The notes under the pieces: model-generated | The model's database searches: none | Seen by the model: only the letters and a program-made list of their open reading frames with translations | What the model was told of the DNA's origin: nothing | Origin: Squalus acanthias | Lineage: Eukaryota | Reading direction: 5' to 3' | NCBI GenBank assembly: GCA_030390025.1 | Contig: CM059432.1 | Location: 61,506,001-61,570,000 of the forward strand | DNA: 64,000 bases | Part shown: piece by piece, positions 13,123 to 23,969 of the stretch | Layout: each line of letters opens with the position of its first letter | Numbering within the stretch: position 1 is the stretch's first letter | Made by a program: the position numbers and the translations under genes

Positions 13123-13907
13123 TTGAGATTTTTCAGTTTTAAAATGTTTTAAGCATTTCAGACCCTCTTTAATAGCGTTTGGACTTCAAGACCTGGTTGA
13201 AACTTGTTTAGATGAGGGAAAAATTGATTTTTGTTTCTGTTTCTTCCAAAATCATATTCGAAACTTAGAGGTTAAAAAGTGTTTTTAGCACTCATTTTTT
13301 GTGAAAAGTTCATTAAAAATCTTTAAATTCTTTCAAGTCTCATTGCAGCTTTGACAGATGAGGTTGCTCCAAGTTTGTCTTTCCCTCTTCAACGCTGTAT
13401 TAAACATACAACAAAAAAAAACTCTAATTCCAAACGGAGCTCAAATAAGAAAATGAATAAAGTGGTTAAACTAAGAAGGCGGTAAGGTTATCTATCCCCA
13501 GCCTTGGCGATGAGTTGGGATCAGTTTTAGAGAAGTTGTTTCCTCTTTTTCTGCTGCCATTCCCTCCGTCTATCAGACTCTGAGTACAAACAGGGGCACA
13601 AACTTTTTCCTTCTCTCTCATTTAAATAATCCTGATAGATTCTTTCAAAAGGGGACAACACCTGGCAAAATTTAACTGGAACTTACCTTAGGACATTCAA
13701 CATCACTTTCCCATATTTTTTTCCAGCTTTAAACAATTTTCTGAATTTAAAAAAAAATTCTCATTTTTGTTTCACCGGGGCCCTAAAACTTGTTTGTGAC
13801 AGCCTCCTTCCAGCGGCCATTGTACATGTGCTGCGTTTCCACCTGTGTTGTTCCAAAGTGCAGCCGTCGCTCAGTCCCCGGGAACAGACTACACACATCT
13901 GGACCCT

Positions 13908-13933
13908 CACTCCTCTCTCTCCCTCTCTCTCTG

Positions 13934-13967
<34 letters not shown>

Positions 13968-14540
13968 CCCCAGTCTCCCTCTCTCTTCCCCCCAGTCTCT
14001 CACACACTCTCTCTCTCTCTCTCTCTCTCTCTCCCCCNNNNNNNNNNNNNNNNNNNNNNNNNNNNNNNNNNNNNNNNNNNNNNNNNNNNNNNNNNNNNNN
14101 NNNNNNNNNNNNNNNNNNNNNNNNNNNNNNNNNNNNNNNNNNNNNNNNNNNNNNNNNNNNNNNNNNNNNNNNNNNNNNNNNNNNNNNNNNNNNNNNNNNN
14201 NNNNNNNNNNNNNNNNNNNNNNNNNNNNNNNNNNNNNNNNNNNNNNNNNNNNNNNNNNNNNNNNNNNNNNNNNNNNNNNNNNNNNNNNNNNNNNNNNNNN
14301 NNNNNNNNNNNNNNNNNNNNNNNNNNNNNNNNNNNNNNNNNNNNNNNNNNNNNNNNNNNNNNNNNNNNNNNNNNNNNNNNNNNNNNNNNNNNNNNNNNNN
14401 NNNNNNNNNNNNNNNNNNNNNNNNNNNNNNNNNNNNNNNNNNNNNNNNNNNNNNNNNNNNNNNNNNNNNNNNNNNNNNNNNNNNNNNNNNNNNNNNNNNN
14501 NNNNNNNNNNNNNNNNNNNNNNNNNNNNNNNNNNNNNCCC

Positions 14541-14577
<37 letters not shown>

Positions 14578-14668
14578 AGTCTCTCTCTCTCTACCCCAGT
14601 CTCTCTCTCTCTCTCTCTACCCCAGTCTCTCTCTCTATCTCTCTCTCTCTCCCCCAGTCACACACTCT

Positions 14669-14709
<41 letters not shown>

Positions 14710-14890
14710 TCACTCTCACTCTCACTCTCACTCTCTCACTCTCTCACTCTCTCTCCCCCCCCCCCCCCCCCCCCCCCCCCCACCGGCTCTCTCTTCCCCC
14801 CAGGCTCTCTCTCTCGCTCCCTCTCTCCCCCCCAGTCTCTCTCTCTCCCCCCAGTCTGTCTCTCTTTCTCTCTCTCCACCCCCACCCCAC
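13908..14890. repeat. (CT)n / (CTCACT)n / poly-C microsatellite tract spanning an assembly gap
   Basis: Directly visible on both sides of the N run. Confidence 0.95.
14038..14537. other. Assembly gap (500 N)
   Basis: Run of N; a round number, so the true length is unknown. Confidence 0.99.
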
Positions 14891-15125
14891 TGATTCCCTC
14901 TGCCCTTTCAATTCTCGATTTTCTCCCCCACCAGCCACCAACAAATCCCCTGACTTCCACACGAAAGCGTGGTCCAGCTGAATACTGTGCATGTGCGGCC
15001 CCAGTACACCGCAAGCCAGCACAGAAGGCTGCAAGGGCAAATAATCACAGCGCGGGGGATTCTCCCGCTGAAAGGTCAAAGTTCAAGTGAGAAAAACAAA
15101 CCCCTCCCGGCGTTATACAGCAACC

Positions 15126-15571
15126 CTTCTTCTTCTCCTTCTTAGGCAGTACCTCGGAACCGAGGATGACTTGCTTCCACACTAAAAATGAGTTCTCAGG
15201 TGACTGCTGAGTCCAATGCGGGACCTACAGTCTCTGTCACAGGTGGGGCAGATGGTGGTTGAAGGGGCGGGTGGATGGGGTGCTTGGGTTGACATGTGCT
15301 GCCTGCGCTTGGCTTCCGCTTGCTCCCAGTGAAGAGACTCGAGATGTTCGGCGCCTTCCCGGATGATTCTCCTCCACTTTTTGCGGTCTTGGGCCAGGGA
15401 TTCCCCGGTGTCGGCGGGGATATTGCACTTTTTCAAGGAGGTTTTGAGGCTGTCCTTGAAACGTTTCCTCTGCCCACCTGGGGCTCTCTTGCCGTGCCGG
15501 AGCTCCAAGTAAAGCGCTTGTTTTGGGAGTCTCGTATCGGGCATGCAGTTGATGTGACCCGTCCATCGGAT
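15126..15571 (-). mobile_element. RTE-clade (BovB-like) LINE 3' fragment
   Basis: MPDTRLPKQALYLEL..GKRAPGGQRKRFKD..CPTCDRDCRSRIGLSSHLRTH (C-terminal zinc finger), (AAG)n tail, CAACC TSD (15121-25, 15572-76). Confidence 0.88.
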
Positions 15572-15799
15572 CAACCATCGGAACACACACTTCAAGAGCT
15601 GCAATTGCGATCGGCTCTGAGGTCGCAAGACTCACAAACGACTGTCTGGATTCCCAGGGCCATTGTGTATTGGGCCCCTCCCCCCGCCCCAGCTGCTGTC
15701 CAGCTCTCTGCGCGGCATTTCAATTGAAATGCGTGGGAGCTCGGGGATTACTCCGCGCGCAGCCGCGCACGTTAGAGGGAACAGTGCTTGGCAGTATTT

Positions 15800-16020
15800 C
15801 TGATGCTGGCAAACTTCTACCTCATCCCCTTCCATTTTGTCAAAAGCAAAGCAGCAAGTTTTCACTTCCAGCCACCTCCTCCCATGCATTGCAAATAGTT
15901 CTCCTATGTGGTGGATGCCCTTCTGCCCCAAACAAGGCAATTCTTTTTTTGCCCACTTCCTGAAGAGCAGCTTGAGAGCTGCATCACTAAACAACGATGT
16001 TCTTTGCACCACTCTTTCAC
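15800..16020 (-). pseudogene. Remnant of a Harbinger Myb/SANT exon 1
   Basis: FSDAALKLL followed, after a frameshift, by LFGAEGHPPHRRTICNAWEEVA, which resembles the other Myb exon 1 copies. Confidence 0.55.
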
Positions 16021-16522
16021 CTAGATTTCTTCTGAGGATTTGAATTTAATTTGCAGCTGCAGACTTTTATCAAGCACTGTTGGACAGGAAATCTCACTCC
16101 CCTCAATCCCCAATGAGCAAGCTCCTGGCACCAGGCCCAGACAAGGCTGGGAGCTCACCATGAATAAATAATAAGGCCAACCCTCAAAGACTGTGTGAGC
16201 TCAGGTGTTGTGAACCTCAGCACCAGGGCTCGGAAATCTACCCGGGTAATTCTATAAAAAGCACACGCAAAGTTTTATATAATTGATTTAGACATTTAAT
16301 ATGTACCATTTTGTCAAGGTTAAAACTAGCACTTGATTCACGGTATGGTATTAATTTTTTCCATTATGGTATCACATTTTTCCTTTTCTTGCTCTTTCTC
16401 ACCTTAGAGGGCAGCCAGCAAACCTGCTTAACATCTCTGATACTGCTACTTTGATATCAACCATTAGGAGGTGGAAAAGAGTGTGGGAGTGATGTGGGAT
16501 TGTGGATGCAAAAGCTCCACAA

Positions 16523-18127
16523 TCAGAATCATAGAATAGTACAGCACAGAAGGAGGTCATTCGGCCCATCGAGTCTGCACCAGCTCTTTCGAAGCACAAT
16601 CCAGTTAGTCCCACACCCCTGCTCTTTCCCCATAAGGCTTTCATCCCTGTTACCATTCTAGTGAATCTCCTCTGCACCCATTCTAAGGCCTTGACATTGT
16701 TCCTAAAGTGTGGCCTCCACATTGGACACAATACTCCAGCTGGGGCCTAAGCAGTGTTTTATAAAGGTTTAGCACAACTTCGTTTCTTTTGTACTCTATG
16801 CCTTATTTATAAAGCTAAGTATCCCACATGCCTTTTGAACATACACCCCCCAGGTCTCTCTATTCCTGCACCCACTTTCAAATTGTACCATTTAGTTTAT
16901 TGCCTCTCCTCATTCTTCCTAACAAAATGAGTCACGTCACATTTCTCTACGTTAAATTTCATCTGCCATGTGTCTGCCCATTTCACCAGTCTGTCTATGT
17001 CCTCCTGAAGTCTGTTACTCTCCTCTTCACTGTTTACTACATTTCTGAGTTTTGAGTCATCGGTAAACTTTTAAATTATACCCTGTATACCCAAGTCCAG
17101 GCCATTAATGTATATCAAAAAGAGCAGTGGTCCCGACACTGACCCCTGGGGATCACCACTGCACACTTCCCTCCAGTCTGAAAAACATCCGTTCTCCACT
17201 GCTCTCTGCTTTCTGTCCCGTATCCACGCAGCCACTGCCCCTTAATCCCATGGGCTTCAATTTTGCTAACAAGTCTATTATGTGGTACTTTATCAAACGC
17301 CTTTTGAAAGTCAACGTACACAACATCAACCATACTACCCTCATCAACTCTCTCCGTTACTTCATCAACGAACTCAATCAAGTTAGTCAAACAGGATTTG
17401 CCTTCAATAAATCCATGCTGGCTTTCATTTGTTAGCCCATATTTTTCCAAGTGCCAATTAATTTTGTAGCTGATTAATGTCTCTAAAGGTTTCCCTACCA
17501 GGGATGTTTAGCTGATTGGCCTATAACCGCTGAGTTTCTCCCGCTACCCTTTTTTGAACAGGGGTGCAACATTTGCAATCCTCCAGTTCTCTGGTACCAC
17601 TCCCATATCCATGGAGGATTGGAAGATTGTAGCCAAAGCCTCCGCAATTTACACCTTTACTTCCCTCAGCAACCTAGGATGGATCCCATCCAGACTGGGT
17701 GACTTTTCCACTTTGAGCACTGCCAACCTTTGAAATGCCTCCTCTTTATCTATTTTTATCCTGTCTAATTTCTCAACTAACTCCTCATTTACTATGACAT
17801 TGGCAGCATCCTCTTCTTTGGTGAAGACAGATGCAAAGTACTCATTCAGTACCTCAGCCATGCCCTCTGCCTCCATAGGAAGAACTCGCTTTTGGTCCCT
17901 AATCGACCCTACTCTTCCTTTGATTACCCTTTTAATATTTATGTATTTATTAAACTTTTGGGTTCCCTTTTATGTTACCCGCTAATTTATTCTCATACCC
18001 TCTTTGTCCATCTTATTTCCATTTTTGGTTCTCCCCTGTACTTTTCGTATTCAGCTTGGTTTTGTACTGAATCGTGAATCATACATTTATCATAAGCCTT
18101 CTTTATCTGTTTCATTTTAGTCTCTAT
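16523..18127 (-). mobile_element. 5'-truncated, internally deleted CR1 LINE
   Basis: ORFs 17649-17876 (LNEYFASVF..KSPSLDGIHPR) and 17115-17450 ([13 protein letters not shown]). ATTCTATG-type tail at 16523-16538. Confidence 0.9.
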
Positions 18128-18402
18128 GGGCTAAAAATTAGATAGTCCCAGAAAACGATTAACCCACATCAGTTCAATGTAGTGCAGGCAGCACGCAAAC
18201 TTCATGCGGCCTGCTAATTATAATGATAATGGCGTGCAGCCCAGCACTAAACGTGCTGCTGAGTGCCTGCACACTCAGCAGGGGCCCAAGTTCGTGCGAG
18301 ACTAGCACCAATTAAAGTTAGCCTGCAGTTCTTAAAGCCAGCCTAAACCTCTTAAAGGGGAGGTGCATTCTGGCTGCAGCAGATACTGGAAGTCGTTGGA
18401 AG

Positions 18403-19260
18403 CCACACATTACTGCTCCCCGATTATCAAAATCCATGACGAGGCCTTGGACAACGTGGACCACTTTCCATACCTCGAGAGCCTACTGTCAACAAGGGCA
18501 GACGTCGATGACGAAGTCCAACACCGCCTTCAGTGTGCCAATGCAGCCTTCGGTCACCTGAGGAAGAGAGTGTTTGAAGACCAGGACCTCAAACCCAGCA
18601 CCAAGCTCATGGTCTACAGAGCAGTAGTGATACCTGCCCTCCTGTATGCTTCAGAGACATGGACCATGTACAGCAGGCACCTCAAAGCACTGGAGAGGTA
18701 CCACCAACGCTGCCTCTGCAAGATCCTGCAAATCCATTGGCAGGATAGGCGCACCAACGTCCGTGTTCTCGCTCAGGCCAGCATCGAAGCTTTGACCACG
18801 CTCGATCAGCTCCGATGGACAGACCACATCGTCCGCATGCCCGATACGAGACTCCCAAAACAAGCGCTCTACTTGGAGCTCCGACATGGCAAGAGAGCCC
18901 CAGGTGGGCAGAGGAAACGCTTCAAGGACACCCTCAAATCCTCCTTGGAAAAAGTGCAACATCCCCACCGACACCTGGAAATCCCTGGCCCAAGACCGCA
19001 CAAAGTGGAGGAGAAGCATCCGGGAAGGCGCCGAACTCCTCGAGTCTCTTCGCCGGGAGCAAGCGGAAGCCAAGCGCAGGCAGCGCAAGGAGCGCACATC
19101 AACCCAAGCACCCCACCCACCTGCCCCTTCAACCACCGTCTGCCCAACCTGTGACAGAGACTGTAGGTCCCGCATTGGACTCATCAGTCACCTGAGAACT
19201 CATTTTCAGTGTGGAAGCAAGTCATCCTTGGTTCCGAGGGACTGCCTAAGAAGAAGAAGA
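18403..19260 (+). mobile_element. RTE-clade (BovB-like) LINE 3' fragment inserted upstream of the H2 Myb ATG
   Basis: ORF 18363-19154 (VDHFPYL..TKLMVYRAVVIPALLYASETW..RLPKQ), zinc-finger C-terminus, (AAG)n tail. Confidence 0.92.
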
Positions 19261-19289
19261 GGAGTGTGTGACCTACAGGAAGAGTGAAG

Positions 19290-21291
19290 ATGGCGCAACA
19301 TGGTATAGAGAGGGCCCTGGTGCAGGAAGTGGACAGGAGGAGAGATCCCCAGGGGGCCAGTAGCCCCTTCAGACTGACACTGAGAAGGGAATGGGAGCGG
19401 ATAGCCGTCACTGAATGCAAGCATTGTAGCCCCGAGGACCTGGATGCAGTGCAGGAAGAAGTTTAATGACCTCACACAAGTGGTCAAGGTCAGTGAATTC
19501 ATCTTCAAATGCCATATCCCACAAACTGCACCACTAGCCTCACACACTGCTCAATTCACCACACCCCCCTTACTCTCTTACCAACAATCTCTATCAATTA
19601 TGACTCATGCCTCACATTCATATGCTCCATCTCACACTCACACACTTACACTGCTGCAAGCCTCATACCCACGTCTCACAGCTTGCACACACTGCCAACT
19701 ATTCAACCATGACAGCCACATCAGCCAAACACGGTGAACCACACTCACTGCAGGGATAGGTGGCGCACAATCATAGGCAGCTGTAGCTAACTGGAAGGGG
19801 ACAGGTGCATCTCCATATCCTGACCCCGCTCGATGAGACGGTGCTCGCCAAAATTGGAGTGGCTGTGACTGAGGCCGTGGCCAGCGGCGGCGCTGAAAGC
19901 ATTGAAGATGACGGTATGTTTATACCTAATCCTTCTTCTCACATCCCATTTCCCCCTCATCCTACAATCTCTTTTGACTTACAAGCAGCAGATGGTGTAA
20001 GCATGCACCTCTTGCTTCCCCCGCCCCTGCCCGCCTCCCTTTCACCACAACGCAACCCTTGTGCCTTTCTCATTTTAGAGACCCAAGAAATCCAACCTGG
20101 CCAGCCAGTGGTGCAAGAGGAAGAGGAGAGTGATGATGAAGAAGAAACACCGTCACTCGATCTGACACTCGCAGCCACCAGCTCAGATACTGGCATTGCG
20201 TGAAGTTTAGAAGGTAGTTTAGAGGAGGGATTTGCACGTGGTGAGTCATCGGGCACGAGTGGGCTGCAGCCAGGACAGGGGGAAAGGGTAGCGCAGATGT
20301 CAGCTCCCCGGAGAGCAAGGTCGCACATGAGTTCTGCCGCACAGGACTCAGATGAGGACTTCGATGAGGCAGCCTACAGAAGAAGGCTAATGGTTATGCA
20401 CAACGAAATACTTAGTGCATTGGCAGGCCTGCCAGAAAGCCTGAATCCAATGTCAAGGAGCATAGAGGAGTCCAGCACCAACCTTGCACAGAGTGTGGAG
20501 CCCATCCTTTCCAGCATGGAAGGGGTGAGCAGATCCATTGGCGCACTTGTAGACCCAACCATCATGCAGCATCTGATGGATGATGTCTCAGCTTCCATTG
20601 CAATACAAGCAGCAGCCACCTAATGTCTGAGTGCTGCAATGGAAGCTCGGACTGTAGTCATGCAAGCACAGACTGCTGCCATCATGGCTGGGTTTACCAG
20701 TGTGGAAAGGGGCTTGCAGGCTGTCACAGCAGTCCAGAAATCTGCCTTCCAGCAGATTACTAGGATTGCTGAAGTGCCACCCCGGGGAGCAGCAGTGGTT
20801 CCGTGGAGAAGAAACCTGAAAGAAAGAAAATCTTGCATTTATATAGCGCCTTTCACGACCACCGGACGTCTCAAAGCGCTTTATAGCCAATGAAGTACTT
20901 TTGAAGTGGAGTCACTGTTGTAATATTATCCCCGGTGTCCTGGTCAATATTTCTCCCTCAACCAACATAACAAACGCCTGCTGTCCTCGCTCAGGATGAC
21001 GGCGTTCGTCCTCCCACCACTGCCACTTCGCCAGTGCTCTTGCTGTTATCTGTCGGCCAGTCAGCTCAGATTGCTGCCGCCCATGCCGAGGTGGTGCAGT
21101 CCGAAGCCGGGCCTACTAGGCCCAGAGTTGCTCGAAGTTGCCCTGCAAGGCCATCTGCAGTCTCCCCCACTGCAAGTCAGCAGCCTTCCACCAGCCATGC
21201 TGCAGCCACTGGGGTAGCACTGCGTCGGAGCACTAGGACAGGCAAAGGCACACTGAAGACAGGCACTAAGGGAATGCACAAGGGTGATTAG
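19290..21291 (+). pseudogene. H2 Myb/SANT partner gene, 3 exons (about 19290-19488, 19754-19913, 20079-21291), disrupted
   Basis: WERIA..RTWMQCRKKFNDLTQVVK|gt; exon 2 LTPLDETVLAKIG; exon 3 acidic and coiled-coil, ending GTKGMHKGD*. Contains stops and a SINE insertion. Confidence 0.82.
20819..20975 (-). mobile_element. Internally deleted DeuSINE inside H2 Myb exon 3
   Basis: SINE tail joined directly to a Deu-domain piece; host CCTG repeated at both junctions. Confidence 0.75.
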
Positions 21292-21461
21292 TTGACTTTT
21301 GAATGAAATATTGTAATGTTTTGATTCATAAAATTGGTTTGAAATGTTTGTTTTGTGGTGGCTTTTATTGTAGCATTGTGGCCAAGGTGGCACTGTGATG
21401 ATCAGTAACAGAGGGAAGGGAAGGTATGGGACTATTGTTGAATGGGAAATTGGGGTTGCGT

Positions 21462-22577
21462 TCACTGGTAGCGCAGTCGGGTGATTCCATCACGGACAGC
21501 CCGGGAGGAAAGGTGCTGTCTGGGTTGCTTCCTCCTCTTCCGTTTCCTCCTCCTCCTCTTCAGCTTCCTCCTCCTCTGCCTCCTCCTCAGCTGGTTGCCG
21601 TTTGCCTATGCCGTGTGCCCTCATGATGGCGAGGTTGTGAAGCATGCAGCATACCATGACAAATCTTGAAACACGCTCTGGTGAGTATTGCAGGGCTCCT
21701 CCAGAGTGTTCCAGGCAGCGGAAGCGTTGTTTACGGATGCCAATGGTCTGCTCTATCAGATTCCATGTGGCAGCATGGCTTTTGTTATATGCAGCGGAGT
21801 CATGATCCAGATGGTCAGTAGAGATAGCCCTTGTTGCCCAGTAGCCACTCTCTGGTTTGTCGTGGTGGCTCAAATGCTGATGGTACAGCGGACTGTCGCA
21901 GAATGAAGGCATTATGGCTGCTGCAATGACTTGCACGATGTGTTGAGTATGGTCACACACCAGCTGGACATTGAGGGAGTGGAATCCCTTCCGGTTGTGG
22001 TACATCTCTGAATTGAGATGCGGCGCCCGCAAAGTGACGTGTGTGCAGTCAATGACTCTGTGCACCATGGGGAAGCCTGCTATCCTGGCGAAGCTGCTTG
22101 CTTGTTCTCCCGGCTTCTCTCTGGCAAGAGAGAATGAAATGTATTCAGCTGTCCTTGCATACAGAGCCTCACTCACCTCCCTTATGCAGGAGTGGACGGC
22201 GAGCTGGGAGATGTTACAGATGTTGCCAGCTCCAGCCTAGAAGGAGCCCGATGTGAAGAAGTTCAAGGCCACGGTCACCTTTACAGCCACTGGCAATGCC
22301 GTCCTCACCCTGGACTGAGGCGGCAGGTCTGCCTGCAGCAAGTGGCTGATTTCAGTGATCACCTCCTTAGTAAAACTGAGACATCGCTGAACTGTTCCTT
22401 GCTGAGGTTGAGGTAGGAGAACTTCTTCCTGAAGACCCTGGGTGGATATGGCTTTCTGTTGGGAGCCCTTCTCCCCCTCCTCCCACCTCTTCTAGCAGCT
22501 TGTCCTGCTCTGTGTCGCCTCTGCTCATTCTCCCTGTCATGCTGCAGGCCAGGGGGGATACAAACTACTGCACCCAT
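21462..22577 (-). pseudogene. H2 Harbinger transposase, frameshifted
   Basis: [66 protein letters not shown]; acidic tail. Confidence 0.9.
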
Positions 22578-23784
22578 GTCTGGGAGCAACTGGTCTGAGC
22601 AGATCCTTTGCAAGTCAATACCAAGTCCTTGAGCACGTGCCACGCCACTCCTTGTAGAATTTAGGCAACTTTAAAGAAGCCTAGAAAGCACTAAACATTT
22701 CTACAAACTAAGCAACAGTTAGTAGAAATCAATCAACAACTAACCTGTAAGTAGGTGATGATCCCTTTACGTATCACTGGTGGGGTGTTCTTCCTGCTGC
22801 TGAATGCATGTTCAGCTGTGCGAGGTTAAGAGAGGGTGTTAGCTCCAGCATTGAGATCAAAAATATCAGCGCTGGCGTCAAATCAGCATTACACGCTGAT
22901 TGAAGTCACGATTTGCCTATTCTGCGTACTTATGGTGCACGCTTCCCTCATGGGAATGTGTTTAGTCTGTACCCAAATGATCTCCTATTTGAAGGGCTCC
23001 CATTGCTCATTTAAATAAATATTTCAAAATATTTATATTGCGGTGACTCTGGCTTCTTTTGCAGGAACATTCCAAAATATTTATTGGTATGATTAAGATA
23101 ACCTGGGCAAGTTTATAGTTGTACAAGTTTCCTCTGTACTCACATCTTTATCAGATTTATGCAACATTTTTCAACTTTAAATATTTTGTTGCACATATTT
23201 TGTACAGGACTGAATTAAAAATTAAAGAAAATTTGGCCGGCTATCAAAGTGTGTCATAAATCCCGAGTGCATGGTTTTGATATTGAACTGGAAAATGATA
23301 GCCATTGATTTGCTAGTTTGGTTATGACTAATCAGCAATTTATTTAATTTTGTTTTTATTAAGTCATCTCCCACTGGCCATAATTTTGATTATAATTGAT
23401 CCCATTTTTGAAGAAATTAGTCAAGTAACCTTTGCTTTGCAAGCCATGTCTTGAGAGATGCAAATAAGATTCCTTCTAATTAGTTACATAACACTTGAAT
23501 GAAAAGGCCTATAATAATAGCTGCAAGATTAGAGTTTTATGACATTTGAGTATTAAGCCGGGATTTTTCTGTGGAGAGGCAGCTCGGCAAATAAAATGGA
23601 GAGGAGAGCCATTTCACCAAAAGTTTGCTAACTCTTTGCCCTTGCAAATCACTACCACTATAAAGGTGATGGTGCTGAGCCTGTTCAGTGCTGCACAGGT
23701 GGGAAGCAATTTGGGAAGATGAAAGGTCACACAGGTTTGTAATTCTGCAACACTGTCTTGTCTGGGAGTCACTTTCAATTAAAA

Positions 23785-23860
23785 AAATTGCATTTATGTA
23801 GTGTCTTTCATTACCTCAATGTCCCAAAGCACTTTACAGCCAATTAAGTACTTTTTTTTT
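23785..23860 (-). mobile_element. DeuSINE tail fragment
   Basis: TTGCATTTATGTAGTGTCTTTCA..GTCCCAAAGCACTTTACAGCCAATTAAGTACTTTT. Confidence 0.65.
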
Positions 23861-23969
23861 AGAAGCAGCAGTATTTGATCATTTACAGGTACTTTGTGAA
23901 GTTTGCTGAGGAGGCCGTGTATAGTGGAATAATAGATTTCCCTCTAGGGATTCCACTAGACCTAATCAG

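Larger units (their letters stand above)
8590..15786. mobile_element. hAT-superfamily DNA transposon (no recognisable transposase), with secondary insertions
   Basis: TIRs CAATGTTCCCTCTAA (8590-8604) and TTAGAGGGAACAGTG (15772-15786), 14/15 match. Perfect 8-bp TSD CTTGGCAG at 8582-8589 and 15787-15794. Confidence 0.85.
18128..23000. mobile_element. PIF/Harbinger element H2 (Myb gene +, transposase -), with RTE and SINE insertions
   Basis: Left terminus GGGCTAAAAATT and a convergent gene pair homologous to H5 and H6. Right TIR not identified. Confidence 0.8.

Noticed and set aside
13790..15090. Three 367-420 aa ORFs
   Set aside because: Artefacts of the N gap and the (CT)n microsatellite.
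16376..16470. Strong splice acceptor suggesting a host exon (GQPANLLNISDTATLISTIR)
   Set aside because: No good donor, and the peptide resembles the Harbinger Myb exon 2 pattern. More likely a transposon remnant, though a host exon is not excluded.
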